Positions 1 to 14,110 of a DNA stretch of 64,000 bases are shown here, piece by piece; positions within the stretch are counted from its first letter, which is position 1, and each line of letters opens with the position of its first letter. The stretch is from Balanoglossus misakiensis (lineage: Eukaryota > Animalia > Hemichordata). The stretch lies in the NCBI GenBank assembly GCA_040954595.2, contig CM082584.2, forward strand, positions 13,757,337 through 13,821,336. The letters run 5' to 3'. The position numbers and the translations under genes are program-made. The notes under the pieces were generated by a model, which was given only the letters and a program-made list of their open reading frames with translations, searched no databases and was not told the origin of the DNA.

Positions 1-3000
1 GGGTGTGCACAGGTAGGCTTTGAGAGGGATCCGATATAGCGGACTCCCCTGTGGATAATTCAATCTGCTGTTTACAGTGATTAGACACAGATAAATTACC
101 CTTAGGACGTGATAAAATCTTTCAAGAAAATAAAACACCCTTTTTTGACAGTAATTTTTATGATCTTTTCTATTTTTCTTGCAAGACATATTAAGCTTAA
201 TGTTGGCTGTCAGATGACGTCTTTTGCGTTGTTGCCGAAGACGGGATATTATCTGTCACATCAAACGAATGAGAATTCTGAATGTGGTACTAGCGGTGTT
301 AAATTATGATTAATAAGTTTCCCCTGCATTCATATTGACCGTAATTGTGATAGGTATAATGTTTGTGACATAATCAGCTTTGACAGTTGGTGATGATCGT
401 GTTTACATGTGGGGATTGTTTAATATTTAATTTATCTGCATTAATGAATACATTATACGTGTGGGTCAAATAAACTTCTTCTCTTTATGGAAACTTTTGT
501 AAACTCTTCGAAAAATTCTGATAAATGTATGAAGTATGTATAAGCAGTTTTGATTTAAAATATCAGTTGCAGACTTTTTCGTGGATTACCAACTTTATTT
601 GTGAAGTAAACAATTCTTTTCGGTGGACTAAGATTTTTCATCAAAATTGATGTTTTATGGCGCATCATTTCATTTGTGACAAAAGATTTTTTTTTTCATG
701 TGAGACGAATGGACAATGGTGAATTTGATTAGAGTCACCAAAAACACTATGCATCTTCTCCATGAATAATAAAAATCATGAATATTTTACGTTGAAATGT
801 TCATCTATCTTGTGATTGCACGATATTGTTTATAAATAATAACTTTGTTTCTCGTCAATTTAGATAGACAGTCGAAACTACATCATCATATGATTTTGAA
901 TTATTGAATAGTGGTAGGTTTTTCCACCTGTTTGGAAGATATTTTGATTTTATTAGTAATGTGATGCTGTGAAATGCACCCATTTTAATTTAAAGTTGCA
1001 TTTTCTTATTATTGTTTAACAAGCAAAAATGTGGAAAAAACACACTGAATAAATTCAATGAAAACCAACTGCAGGTGTCTGTAGACTCATTACAGACAGG
1101 TGTCCATTACGGCATCAGGGAAACCTAATTAAGATGTAATTTGCTTGATGATTGAAACAAAACACTTGTCTGATTAGACTGATCAGTGATACAACACGGA
1201 AGCCAGATAAAATGCCATGTTTATGTAATAACTATGTTTCATGTTTAATTTATCCTTGGAAAAAAACAAAATGAAATTCTTTACCATACCAAGATGGTTA
1301 TCATTCAGTATCTTAGGCGACCAAGATGATTATTTGCTGATTGAAGTGGGAATCATATTGCAGTCAAGCTGTTATGTTAGATTAGTAGCATACATGATTA
1401 CTAGAGGCCAATGATGCATTAAAAACTTTCAAATGGTTACATTTGATGTGTGAGCTAACAAAGCTTGCATTCATTGTAGCAATTAATAACGCCAGAAACA
1501 TCAATATTATGATTTTTATATATTCGCTTACTTAAAATACATTTAGGGGACGGGTGCTGATAAATTTGCAAAGATATGGGTCACTAGCACTTAACTGTGG
1601 GGGTTTCAACCTGATTTATTACCCCCACATTTTTGTAATTAAACAGAGTGACTGTAGTTTTATGGGGCTGAATATATCAGAGAACAAAGCCCAGATAGAA
1701 AGTCAGAAAGATGAGGAGAAGTTGGCCAGACGTGGATCCATCACCATCAGAACTTGAACCGTAAAATTGTACGACGCGCTATTAGCATTCGGAGGGATGC
1801 ATCTGGGAAAGTGACATGTGATGAGTTCAATTGTAAAGAAGCATTATTTAGAATGATAAATTGGATGAATGAAGTTTGTGTGACAGATTTATCAGACGGC
1901 GATAGTGGCTGCCATGCGAGGAGATAGTGAGTCCCCCCAAATGTTATCATCATCCAGCGCAAGCGCAACTGCGAAGTAAAATTGATGTGTTCGTCACTCT
2001 CTCACGGTAGTACAATATTAGGGTTGCTAACGGCAATATTTTACCAGTCCCCCATTAACTGGCAAATCAATGAACCACCTCACTTTCTTTGTTAATTTTG
2101 ACTGCATCCTGTAGCAGTGAAATAAATGATGCCTACGATTCAGGCAATAGATCTGTCAAGCCAGGGGTGAGCAATCGAACCGTCGCTGAATATTAATCAC
2201 CCCTGAAACCCCATTAACGACTCATCACTGTAAACTTTTGTGGTCTGGCATTTAATGCTTGGAATACAGACTAGAATACTTCATTAATTGGGTGTTATGC
2301 ATTGTTTTAGAGTATTTTTCCATCTCAGTGATGGTGGAAAAGCTCCGTTGCTCCAATAGGGTAGAAATGAACTGTGGGGTTCGTGATCAAACAAAAAAGA
2401 GAGTCAAAACTGTTGACCATGAACGGACCGTGAAAGATAATCCCTCAAATGAGTGCTAATTCTTTGTGATGCTGCGTTTTGGAAATTATCATCAGATTTC
2501 TTCAAAAGCTGCCATGTGTTGAAAAGTGAGAAAGGAGAGAGAAATGAGAAAAACTATAAAAGATGAAATTTGATGAATCTGAGCAATTGGATCGTTGTTA
2601 ATCTCGACTGAGTGGTGTTTAATGAGGTGCTGTATTCAAAGCTTTTGTTCTTGGGTTCTGTGGCTGCGGTCGAGATAAAAAAGCTGGCTGATTGCGTTCT
2701 GTGAAAAAAATGACATTGACTTCATGTCAGAACGGAGCAGGCAGAGTCTGCACGTGATACGCATGACATCTCTCTCACATAAATTGCGCAGAAGAGGAGA
2801 AACCGGACAAAAGAAGCCGTAATGAATTAAAACAGCATATAAATAATTTAAACAAACGCTGCAGAATGCAAGATAGCAATGAGGAAATTGCATGTTACAT
2901 CTAATGATAGATGTTCCAACGCAAGGCAAAGTGGTTTTGATGAACGGTGAAATTGCCCACAAATGTTTGGATAAAGTTAAGTGGAAGATAATTATGTGTT

Positions 3001-6000
3001 ATCGAACAAGAAAAATTACACACAAGTTAGAATGATGTGTAGCAGCTGTGTGTTCCCAGGTCTAATATGTTCTGGGAAAAAACACATAGATAACACGAGA
3101 AATCAAAATAGCGGCTGTCAGCGATGATTGTCTTCCTGTCAATCTTTACCATGCAACAATTCTACAGTCTTTTATTGGCCAGTATGCGTCACTGTAGCTG
3201 TCTATTTTAATGTAAAGTTTTATCGCGATTTTTAGAGACCTGTGTGCTGTGGATCACCACTTGCAGTAAACTTGTGTAGACTGAGAAAAAGTACATTGTG
3301 GTACGATGGTCTGTGAGAGTAAAGGTCCAATCTTGAACATGCATTTTAAACAATGCACCCTGCTAGAAATCCAAAGCCCTCCCTGTGACATATCAAATGG
3401 TTCTTCCCTAGCATATATGTTTGCTAAAATGTAATGCTGAATCTGTTAATATGTATGCAAGGTCACCTGGGTGTTTTGCAGGAAGATTGAGCCAGCATTA
3501 CTAACGTAAATGTTGGGATTATAATTTTTTGTTGTTGATTATAAAGCATGATACCTTGTTTGCATTCTGTTATGAAATAGGGAAAAATGAAGTTCTCAAT
3601 CTCTCCGGGACATTTTCTATGATAAACTTGTGACCTTTTGGCGAAGTCCAAAGGAATGATGGCTGGCATTTCCCCGAATTGATGGTTTTTTGCATCTGTG
3701 AAGTTAAAGACAGACACTAGACTGCTAATCCCTCTGTCACCCCAGAATGAATAACTGTTATTCATCATCAAATGGCAAGTGCATGGAACAAATGCTTTGA
3801 GGCTGCCATTGAATGGAGATGTGTGCCAGTCTCAAACGGCTAGCTGACCCAACATGCTCATTTCTAATGCTGATAATACCATTGATTATTTATTCCAGTT
3901 TTGACAAAGATACAAGACGGATTTACAGCTTATTTTGTCACAAGAGGGGTAAACTGTGCGCGCTAAATACCGCTGAAAGAAATGCTGCACGTAGAAAGCA
4001 AAAATAAAGATGATCAGATTCAGACGAGTATTCTCGGGGAATTACCTGGCCAGATTAATAGTAACTTGATACTATTATACTCGGAAAATGTACCGTCTAC
4101 TCGAAATAAGTACTAAATTAAGAATTCGAAAAGGAGTAATTGGGGTAGGCGATATTGTGACTTGCCGAAGCATGGGCATTAGTATATTATTTTGTGCATT
4201 AGCATTCATTCCCATCACTCATTCCTGTGTTACAATACCTCCGGGGGAGAAATTTAATTTTCTGACAGCGGATATAACACGTAATCTGGCGAGCGGGGCA
4301 AATATTTTGACATCGTTTGCAAGATACAGGAAAGGGAGAGATCAAACTGCCATCCTAGGAATTAGAAAGACTTGGGGAAAATAATTTTGTGTTTTCTAAT
4401 CTATCTCCATAAAAAAAACTTTCTTGTGATTTTTTGTCAGTGGGGGATGCAGTGTGTATGGTTGCCACAGCAACATGCTTCCCTCCTCATGATGTCTACA
4501 AAACAAAATTCTTGTATTCTTGATCAGGGCATAAATGCATGATAGATATTAAAAAAATGATTATGGAATACAGCACTTGATCGTTGGCCTCTGCTGTGAC
4601 TGGGTTGCCATGGTGACAAGGTGGTGACTACCAATTGTCGTTTCCATTGAAGATCCAGGGAGAGATTCTTGAGATCCACATCTTTGAAGCGGCGTCTTTG
4701 TAATGCTGAAAGGTGTCCTTGTTTTCTATCTTGCCCGATCTTATCTAAGATCACATAAAGCCATCACCATGGCAATTGAGGATTAGTGGAATTCTTCCCT
4801 CTTTTCTTCGTCATTCTTGGGTAACCTCTCCGATGATGATTTTTGATGACTAAAAGTCCATTACTTACTACAGTTGGATCATCATACCTGAGACGCAGAT
4901 GCGGCTTGTTTATACTTTCAAGGAGGAAATTAATATCATTGACTTTAAAAAAAGAAGAAGGGCCTTTGTCGAGAACCGCTTTCAACTTTGTGATGAGTGG
5001 TACAGAATTTAGAAACTGTCAGAATCACAACATAAATAAAGAAATTGACCCTTTTCATCAGAATGCGGGGATATGGAAAATCCAAATAATATTGAATCGC
5101 AGTGTGTACATGTGTGACAATTTAAGAAGAGCCGTAGTTCTACCAAAACTTGGACACAGTTAGATTTATGTGCAAAATACGTTCGTCCTGTTGGCTAGTT
5201 GTATCGGAAATGTAAACGCTGCCAGGGCAGATGAATTGATCCGATCTGGAAATGCAAGCACGGCACAGTATTTCTGTTTTGTGCGTGGCATGAAGACTCT
5301 TGCAGGTCTCTTGATGTGCAATCATATTTTTTTATTCTGGCAGAGTGTATCATTGTATGCATTCAACTAAGAACTGGTGCGCACACAATGGCTTTCACAT
5401 TGAAATGAAGTAATTGTAATCTTCTTCAAACGTGTTCCTTGAAAGTGGAGATGCCCTAGAGCAATAGGCAGGGAAAATTGAAAATGAACTATGTGTATGG
5501 TTTGATAGATTGTGTCAGAAAGCAAAGTAGGTTACACATTTCATATGGTTTGATATTTGCACAATTTGACAAACTACCTCAACGAGATAAACATTTTTCC
5601 CTATTGTAGATGAGAAAGGTACAGTAATTTTTTTCAAATTTTAATTTCAGAACGTTTAGTCTGAACTGCAACATGAGCTGTAATTTCTTGTTCCACAACC
5701 TCTGATGTGTTGAAACATCCAGTTCTGTGTTCAGCTTGTCACCACAACCGGACAGATCGTGTAGCCAGCATTGTTACATCCAACAATTGAATTAATTCCA
5801 CTTTTCCAGACTTTAATTCAATTTTCAGTGTTAACAATGCACATTACATGTTTGTGTGTTGGCAGTCTGAATATACTGGGAGGGCACAGATTGAGTGAGG
5901 TGGTTTTTATCATCATTTTTTCGTACCAAATATTGATATTTTTGCCAGATATTGTTATTGTGGAAAAAAAGGGTCTGTTCGCTGCCAGTGTAACTACACT

Positions 6001-9000
6001 AGTTAGTGAGACATCATTGACACCTGGTAATAGCGGTCTCGCTGTAGCAGCTGGCAATCGGCGTTCAACACTGTCATATTACTGGCCTGAGGTGAAAAGA
6101 AATTGTTAATACAGCTTAGATAAACTGGCTATAAGAAATGTAGATGATGGGATCTGTGTGATTACAGTACACTGCTAAAAAAGGTGTTAATTTACACCGG
6201 AATTGAGCGGCTCGGTGTGCTGTGTGCAACATTGTACATGACTTTGCATTGAAGAGGGTCATGCCATGTGCCGACTTTTCCAAATGAGTATTTGTGTGTA
6301 TTGACAGACATGAAAGACTGTGTGTTCAGTCTGTCGCACACACCTTTACACGTTCCTCGTCTAAATGGAAATAAAATGCAGTCGAATAATTGAATTTTTT
6401 TTAGCAGCGACTCTTTTTTTAGGGTCTTCACTTAGTTTAAGATGAAGGAAATGTAGGGAAATGAAACAAAGGAGGACAAAAAAAAAGGTTCTGGCTGGAA
6501 ATTTCCATACAGATGAGTCACTATTCAGAGTCCTCCGTACGGTTGTGTGAGAACCTGGGAATGCTCTTTGACGAAACATACACAAATGAAGTGCGTGACC
6601 CTCGTATTTGTTGACGTCTATGCAAATTAATTAGCTGAACATGTAGAAAGGGTTGCTGATGTAGTATACATGATTATTTTGTTTATGCTGTGTGTGTCTG
6701 GTGATATGAACATCTATGCACATCTCAGTTTAATACTGTTTCAGCTGCTGAATTTGAATCACTGCTTCAGGGTTTAACTGTCAGTCGTAATATCTAGCAA
6801 CTGTTGTCTTCTGTTTAGGTTGTATCACCACGTCACTTATATTTGGCGCGTTGTGTTTTAATCAAACCAAGCAGCTCATAGCGTACTGAGTTTATATCAA
6901 TCAAGCCTTGACAGAGGTTTTCATCCTGATGTGTTTGTTTCCAAACTCTTGACTCCAAAAGAACATGGTCACTTGAACCAAAAAACACAGTAGTGATAAC
7001 AGGCTGTTGATTGGTGTGCTTGGGGGCATGGCCAGAGATGGTTTCCTAGCAACAGGCAAAATGCAGCCTTCAATGTCAACTCTAATGGTTTTTCATGTGT
7101 GGTTTGACTTGAAGTCATCTGAGCTTTCCATGAATGGAAAAAGTCCAAGTTCAAGTTGCAGGGTAACTTTTGAGAAAAAAGTGCAGGTGTCGTCTGCTTC
7201 AATTTCCCAGGAAAGTTTTAATAAGTTTAAAACTCAAGGCAAAATTTTTCAGTCGCTGCATTTGAAGGCTCATAATAGCCTCAGGACGTATGGTGTGTCT
7301 TTGATCATAGACTCTGAGGCAATTGAAATTCAAAGGTAAAGTGGGTATAAATCAACTGGTCAATGGTCTCCAAGCATGCAAAGCCCCCCGAGGAGGCGGC
7401 CATCTTGATTTTTTTCCAGGTATCAGTTAGTGCACCGGCGTTTCTTGTACAATTCTTGATAAAAGATTAAAGCTGCCATCCCTTATCTAGCGAGGAGGAA
7501 TTAGACTATCCATCACTCAATCCATCTTCATCTTTGTACCTAATGAACACCGTGAACTGTGATATAGCCTTGTGAATACTTTATTTGCCCCTGTGGTGTG
7601 TAATAATTTTACTCTGTTGCTCGCTTAGTTTGCAGAAATTTGATCCAAATCAGAGGATGACAATATAGGGCTAAAGTTTCACAATGTGGTACCTGCCAGG
7701 TAGCATTTAACTATTGTACAGGGGCAGGAAAAGATTAGGTGGTGCAGTCGTTCTATTGTATCTTTGAATGGGGAACTTCATGTAAATGTTGGTAAAATTG
7801 AAAGTGGAGGTTATGCAATCAAGTCTTACAAAGTTGCCACCCTCACTGTAACATGTACATGTAATATAGTAATATAACTTAAACTTTTAAGAGATTCTTT
7901 ATGTCTCTCAGCTTATTGTCATTGATTGTGTATTAATATTCAAATGAAATCTGTCCAAATTTTCCTAATACCACAAAGAATTTCTCATTGCTACCATTCT
8001 GTAATTATAGAGCAGTAAACTCTCCCACTGTAAAATATTGTCCCTTTTTGTGGTCAATAAAATTTGATGTCTTTTAGACAGAAGAATATGAAAGAATATG
8101 AAATCATTAAAAAATTAATTGGAGATTCATTCAATTTGACTATCAGCATGTGATATCTTTGTAGGAGGCCTTTAATAATAATAATAATAGCTTTTTTTCG
8201 TGATTAATCTAAGAGAAATAAAATCGAAATTAAAACATTTGTCAGGATTTCTCAGTATGTGAGTTCAGGAATCCCGTCGCGACAAAGCCAGTGGTGATAT
8301 TTCTTTTTTTTCAACTTCAGTGAGAGAAATACACACTGATGCTTCAATTAAGATAAATACGCAAGGCTGTTGTGACAATTACAGGAGCACCATGGGTGTG
8401 TGTGTGATTAAAATTCAACTGGAAAGAAACAGTTGCAAACCATCCTCAAAAAATAAGCTTGTGGCCATGATAAAATGATATTGATTACATGTTGCAGTGG
8501 CTAATCACACCTGTGAGGAGTGCCATCTCTCTTGTATCCTGTTACTTCGTTTGTACATATATAATATGGGTGCTGCACAGCGGTATCTACATTTAAAGGG
8601 GGTCTTTAACCTAGATCTCGACATCTGATCTGTACAAGCTGTCACGTTATTCTTTGTTCATATCATGATGGAATTTCCGTCAAAGGTTTGTGACTATATA
8701 AGGGGTTTGGCAGCTTTAAATCTAAATGATACCGTCTTATTGAAAATGACGTTTTGTTTCTGATTCGACTGGAAAGTAAAAATTTCAGCTTTTCACTTTT
8801 TGAATATAAAGTTTGTTAAACTTAAAAAGAGTACGCTGGTGGTGAATTGTGTTGCTAGTCGAATGTCGACCTAACAATACATCATGATCCAGACCCTTGT
8901 TAGGGATGGAACAAGTCGTAGTTTACAAGGCATGGCGGCACGCACCATTGACGATGCTCGGGACAGACTTTATTCTGGTTTTGTCGTCTCTGCTCAAGCC

Positions 9001-9362
9001 TGCAGACACCCTGTCTGGATTATCTCAGCGTGCAGGCCTGCTGTGAAGAAAAAAAAGCTGACCCTGGATTCAGGGCTCTTATTTGCATGACAATTGATTT
9101 GAATAAAATTTGCATGTGATGTTTAGTCATTGAGATGGGAAAGATCTATCATGAAAAGGGGATTACTTGGGTTTTGTGCGTGTGAGCTGTGTTGTGAGTA
9201 ATCTTGAAGAATATTATCATCGTGCAGAAGGCAAATGGTTTGAAAAGTATTGAAGGAATCCTGACCTGTATTGGCCGCTCTTCCAATAATTCACAGAATT
9301 TAAGAAAAAACTGTGTCCATGACTTTTTTGCCATTGTAGCATTTTCATGGGGCTTCTATTAA

Positions 9363-9512
9363 AGCAATACTGTCACATCTAATTTACCTATATCCATATA
9401 TGGTCAAATGAGCATGTCCAAATCTTCAAATGACCACTGAAAATCTGTGATTGACTAGATCTCAACTTTCCATGGTAACTGTAGCTAAGTTTGCATAGGT
9501 GACTGTGTACCT
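9363..9512 (+). mobile_element. Kolobok/T2-type MITE (family A, copy 1), TTAA-flanked
   Basis: TTAA at 9359-9362 and 9513-9516. Imperfect TIRs: AGCAATACTGTCAC versus AGGTACACAGTCAC (reverse complement of right end). A homologous copy lies in opposite orientation near 21.7-21.86 kb. Confidence 0.7.
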
Positions 9513-11900
9513 TTAATAGGAACATGGATTTGTCAAGTGTGTGAATTTTGTAGTGCTTTTAATTTGTGTATATTTTCTCCTTGAGTTAACTTTGACATCG
9601 CTGCAACTTACACAAGAAAAAAAAAACATGGTAGCACCTTGACTATTGAGTACTATGATTTATCTTCATTGCATTTATTCTCACTTCCTAGTCATTGAGG
9701 TTCTTGCAAGTCATCGTCAAAATTTCAAGTTATGATAATAAAATTTTGCACAAATGCAAGCAAAACCAGGGTTACAAAATGCAAATAAAGTACAATGTTG
9801 GGGCAAGAACTGTAAAAGAGTAATGGGTTTGTGGGAGATACATACAGTGATTTAACAGAACAGAGTGTTTGTTGATCCTGGGAAGACTAATTTAGGCCTT
9901 GTTTTGTGAATGTTAAAATAGTCTCTGTGATCTTGCCCAGCAAAGATAGCAAGATTCGATGCATATAAAGTAAATCTTGAATCCCAAAAAAGATCTCAGT
10001 GGTTTTATTCATAGGAAATGAATGCAGTAGATTGTCCAAATCGGACATCAACCAGATGAAGAAAAATAGTTCAGTGTGCTGAGGTGTCTGGTTTGTAAGG
10101 GGTTCCTTAAACATGGCATCCTATTGGAAGAGTCTGGAAAAGATGTTTGGTATAGACAGGTTTCCAGATTAGAGAGGGTTTAGTTCAGACAAATTTTCAT
10201 CAGTTTGTGTTTTATGTGCATCCAGTACACACACACATGCTATGTGATGATTCCTTTGTAAGGTTTTTTTAATTTGAATTAAAAAGCTGCAGACATGTCA
10301 TTTGCTGGCATCCTTGCGTATGGCGCATTACCAAATGAGACATTTTTCCTGTGTTGGGAAAGGGTCGTCGTGCGTCAGTGCGGTCTGTAATGGCTTAGCC
10401 GACACTCCGGACGTAGCATTTAACCAGCGTCTCTGTGACGTTAGTATTAGAGAAAAAAAACTAGGAGATGACTAGCTGCAGGCAATATATATCACAGGAG
10501 TCATCGTCTTCTCCTTCCGTCTTGTCGCTCTCATCATCTCCAAGGACAAAATTGATAAATGTAGCAGTGACATGCCGTTGGGTTGTTTATTACAGAAATA
10601 TCACTTGCAAAGTGATGTATCATCAATTTTCAATTTCTAAATTGTGCATATGTGTGGCTAAGTGAAAAGAGCCTGATCTATCATCTAAGTGTTTTTTTTT
10701 AATTTCACTATTTTCTTTGGCCAATTTTAAAATCTTGTCAGGCATGACAAAGATAGCATGGCGGATCTTTGTGTAAATGAAGTGCTTCACAGGTTTTTGA
10801 AGATAATTATTTTGATGTTTTCCATCTTCATTATTGGCAATTTAATGTGCATGTTTGAGAAGCCTGTCAGTTTCAAATACACTATTTTCACTTTCCACAT
10901 GGCAAGTGACAAATGCAAGTCATTAAAAACGTCAAGTGTGAATTTCTTGAAGTGTAAAAAAAATTAAGACTTTCGTGCTATTTTTAATGAAATTGATGAC
11001 CGTTTCGTAAGTCATCATGATCACCACCCAAAAGCAACAACACCTCTATCATGCATTCTAGAAATTCTAATGGGCTGTCCATCTTCTTCCCTGGCATTGT
11101 TATTGATGGTATTGTTGGTTTCAAAACACAGCACAAGACTTGACACCAATAAATGTTTGATGGTCTCACCCATAGCTACTTAGCTGTGATCATAAATTTT
11201 GAATAAACATCTAGCATTCTGTATTTCTCAATCATCCAGTGTGTCCAGCATTCAACATCACACACATACATGTACTGCCATTTTGTGAGAAAATCTGACT
11301 TGAAAAACCCTTTTCTCACAAGACATTGTCAGTTGATGTCCCTAAGCCATCCTCAACTTTGGACACAATAAACTGTTTGATGATGATTCTTCTATCTATA
11401 CTATTAACATAAAAAAGCAGATATTTTGACTTTCAAAACATACTAATAAATGCATGAAAATCCTTGGACAACATTTGTACGTCTTGATATGATGTACAGA
11501 TGTGTGTACAGTGATCACCTTCAGCTTGTGTGGTGGTAGCGGTATGGTCTTGAGGGCGTTCTCCTCTTTTGGCCAAAAGGCCACCAGTGAAAAAACAACA
11601 ATATGTACATTTATTTTTATTCAAATTGAATCTTTACATAGGGCCCATCTCTCAAGGGCATCTTGACCTGAAATTCAGATAAAAGATAAGTATCACAGCC
11701 CTTGAACTCTAGCGTATATTTTACGGATATCTAATAACTTGGCGATGTGATTAGAAATAAAGTTATGCAAAATATGATATTTCGGTGTGAGAGCAAATAA
11801 GCCTGAGTAAGAACACTTGGTAGAGCTATGCTAACCTTGCCAGACTCACCATCTTTCAGGGGGACAGATTTTCGGAAAAATGATGTGTCCAAAACTTTAA

Positions 11901-12519
11901 AGGGGAAATCCGTCGTAGCTGATTTCTACATAATTTGGTAGCTTTGATGTCACTCTTTCAGAAAAAAACATATTCGCCATGTATAGGTCGCGCGATTTTT
12001 TACAAAATCTAGGGAAAGTTGGCAGAATTTCCAATATGGCGTTTACTGTAATTTGAATCATGGGAAAAAAAGCGCCAGGACCAACTTCCGCCCACCTTAG
12101 TGTGGGTGATACCATTTTCCGATTGGTGTCACTGCGTCACAAGCTAAGCGTATTTGCATATTTTCCATGGGTTATAGCTCATGAAAACTGTCAATAGATG
12201 ACAAATTTTCGACTTTGTTGATGATTGTTTGTCAACTGATGCAAAGAACAAACAATAGCTATGAAAATACGCCTAGTCTGTCGTCCAGTGACACCTATCG
12301 GAGAATGGTATCACCCACACCATGGTGGGCGGAAGTTGGTCCTGGCGCTTTTTTTCCCATGATTCAAATTACAGTAAACGCCATATTGGAAATTCTGCCA
12401 ACTTTCCCTAGATTTTGTAAAAAATCGCGCGACCTATACATGGCGAATATGTTTTTTTCTGAAAGAGTGACATCAAAGCTACCAAATTATGTAGAAATCA
12501 GCTACGACGGATTTCCCCT
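11901..12519. mobile_element. 619-bp foldback MITE, Kolobok superfamily/T2-like (TTAA-AGGGG...CCCCT-TTAA)
   Basis: TTAA TSD at 11897-11900 and 12520-12523. The outer ~195 bp of the inverted arms appear identical, and the arms extend with mismatches to ~260 bp around a ~100-bp spacer. The ORF track shows near-identical peptides on opposite strands (11897-12115 - and 12215-12523 +). TTAAAGGRR ends are typical of T2/Kolobok MITEs. Confidence 0.92.
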
Positions 12520-14029
12520 TTAAATTATTTGCTACATTAACATGTGAGGAGACAGGAGAGGATCTGAAGTAAAACATAAAAATTGTGTTAAACAGTATTA
12601 CAATAAATGTATCAGCCATTTGTGATAATATTTATCAATTAATCATTGAGTGTTCCAAAATGTTGTAAATTCAGGTTTAATTATGTGTTCACCAACTGGG
12701 ACCATCTGTTAAGATGGATAGATAAGTCTGTGATCAGAGGAGCAGATAATTTGTATGCTAATGTGCGTGCATCAGTGCCGATATTTTCCATTGTCTTGTG
12801 TTTCAATTTCAAAGTCGTGTCATTGAGGAGTTCATTTCACGAGGCTTTCTTGTAGAACACAGGGAGGGACACAAACAGAGGTCGGGGAAATTATTTCAGG
12901 TATTTCTTGATTTCCAAGATATGATCAACATGAAAAGAAATACACGAAACGTGAAGGATGGGGTTTATTACTCTTCAGATCGAATCAGAATAAGGATGGA
13001 TTTATTTTGCGTGCGGTGCATTTCGTCTTCAAATCTATTTTAGCTTGGAGAGGCAGTATCCTAACCCATTTAGTTACGTATTTATACGCACAAGTTAGCG
13101 CTGCTAACAGTGGAGACAACCCTGTGAACTAATGAGAAGGGGCTGAAAGTCGGTCGCTCGCACAGTGCTCAATGCGGCAAGAAAGTAGCTCAGCCCAAAA
13201 CCACTCCCATTGCTTTTCTAATTTTGTGTATTATCTTACAAAAAGTTGGTTTTATCGATCACTGTCTCACAAAAGCAAACAATAGTGACCTGACAAAAGG
13301 TGTATGAAAATCAATGACAGATAATACCCTAATTGGCTTAAACCTCATGGTATCACTATCATGAAACATGGAGGTTTTTTGTCCCTGCTCTTTCAATTGG
13401 TGCAATCACACTGGCGATAGAATATCGGGCTGAAGGATTCACTCGGAGCTTGAATCATCATTGAGACGCCTTGAGGAAAGACATGAACACTGATTGAAAA
13501 TATCGAGTGGTTACAGAGAAATAACAACTGTATTGAGTTTTGCTGTTGAAGAGGACAGCTGTAATTTTTCTCGTGATTTTCAGTGGGGAAAAAATTCTGA
13601 GTGATTAAGTGGGGGTATTGATTATAACAGATTAAGGTTACGTGCTAATTACGGTCAAACAATGGGCCTACACATGTAACAATTACAGCGTGTGTGGAGG
13701 GCTCCCTTGTCAGATTGAGTAGCTAATTCAGGATTCTTTCTCTGGGAAATCCTTTAAGTTGGTCAATGCATGACAGCGTTTAATATGCCATCCTCTTCGC
13801 ATCGGCAGGATAATTGCGACTGGCATCTGTGCCTAAGAGGATGAGATGTTCAGAGAGGGTTATGTACCCTGAGTAGCATTATTCAGTCATCCAATAGTCC
13901 GAAATTTGTGAAATCAGCGTGAGAAGTTACAGATTTTTTTTATTGATGCCTAATGATATACAATTGTGATCATAGCTAATCGGATATCCCATTTGGATTA
14001 GACTGTAAATGAGCTTGTCAGTTGAGGCT

Positions 14030-14110
14030 CATTCTGATTGGCTGAAACTATTGGCTGCACTGACTGAGTGTGTGATGTATGAGCCGGGAATTGTGGGAGT
14101 TATAGTCAAC
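14030..14110 (+). promoter_or_regulatory. Candidate Pol II promoter: two inverted CCAAT (NF-Y) boxes plus a ZNF143/THAP11-type ACTAYRNNNCCCR motif
   Basis: ctgATTGGctg (ATTGG 14037-14041) and ctATTGGctg (14050-14054). 14086-14107 reads GACTATAACTCCCACAATTCCC on the minus strand. Purine-rich, UTR-like sequence follows. Motif evidence only. Confidence 0.45.

Noticed and set aside
1-20. Donor-like CAG|GTAGG at the window start
   Set aside because: No upstream context is available to assess it.
570-800. Possible old TIR element (tttcgtgg ... ccatgaataataaaa)
   Set aside because: Too degenerate; no TSD or clear TIR.
4524-4985. Two in-frame minus-strand ORFs separated by one TGA (possible readthrough, selenocysteine or pseudogene)
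   Set aside because: No recognisable domain, splice context or SECIS element; compatible with chance.
11897-12523. Two near-identical ORFs on opposite strands (72 aa and 102 aa)
   Set aside because: They are a by-product of the MITE's inverted arms; no protein features.
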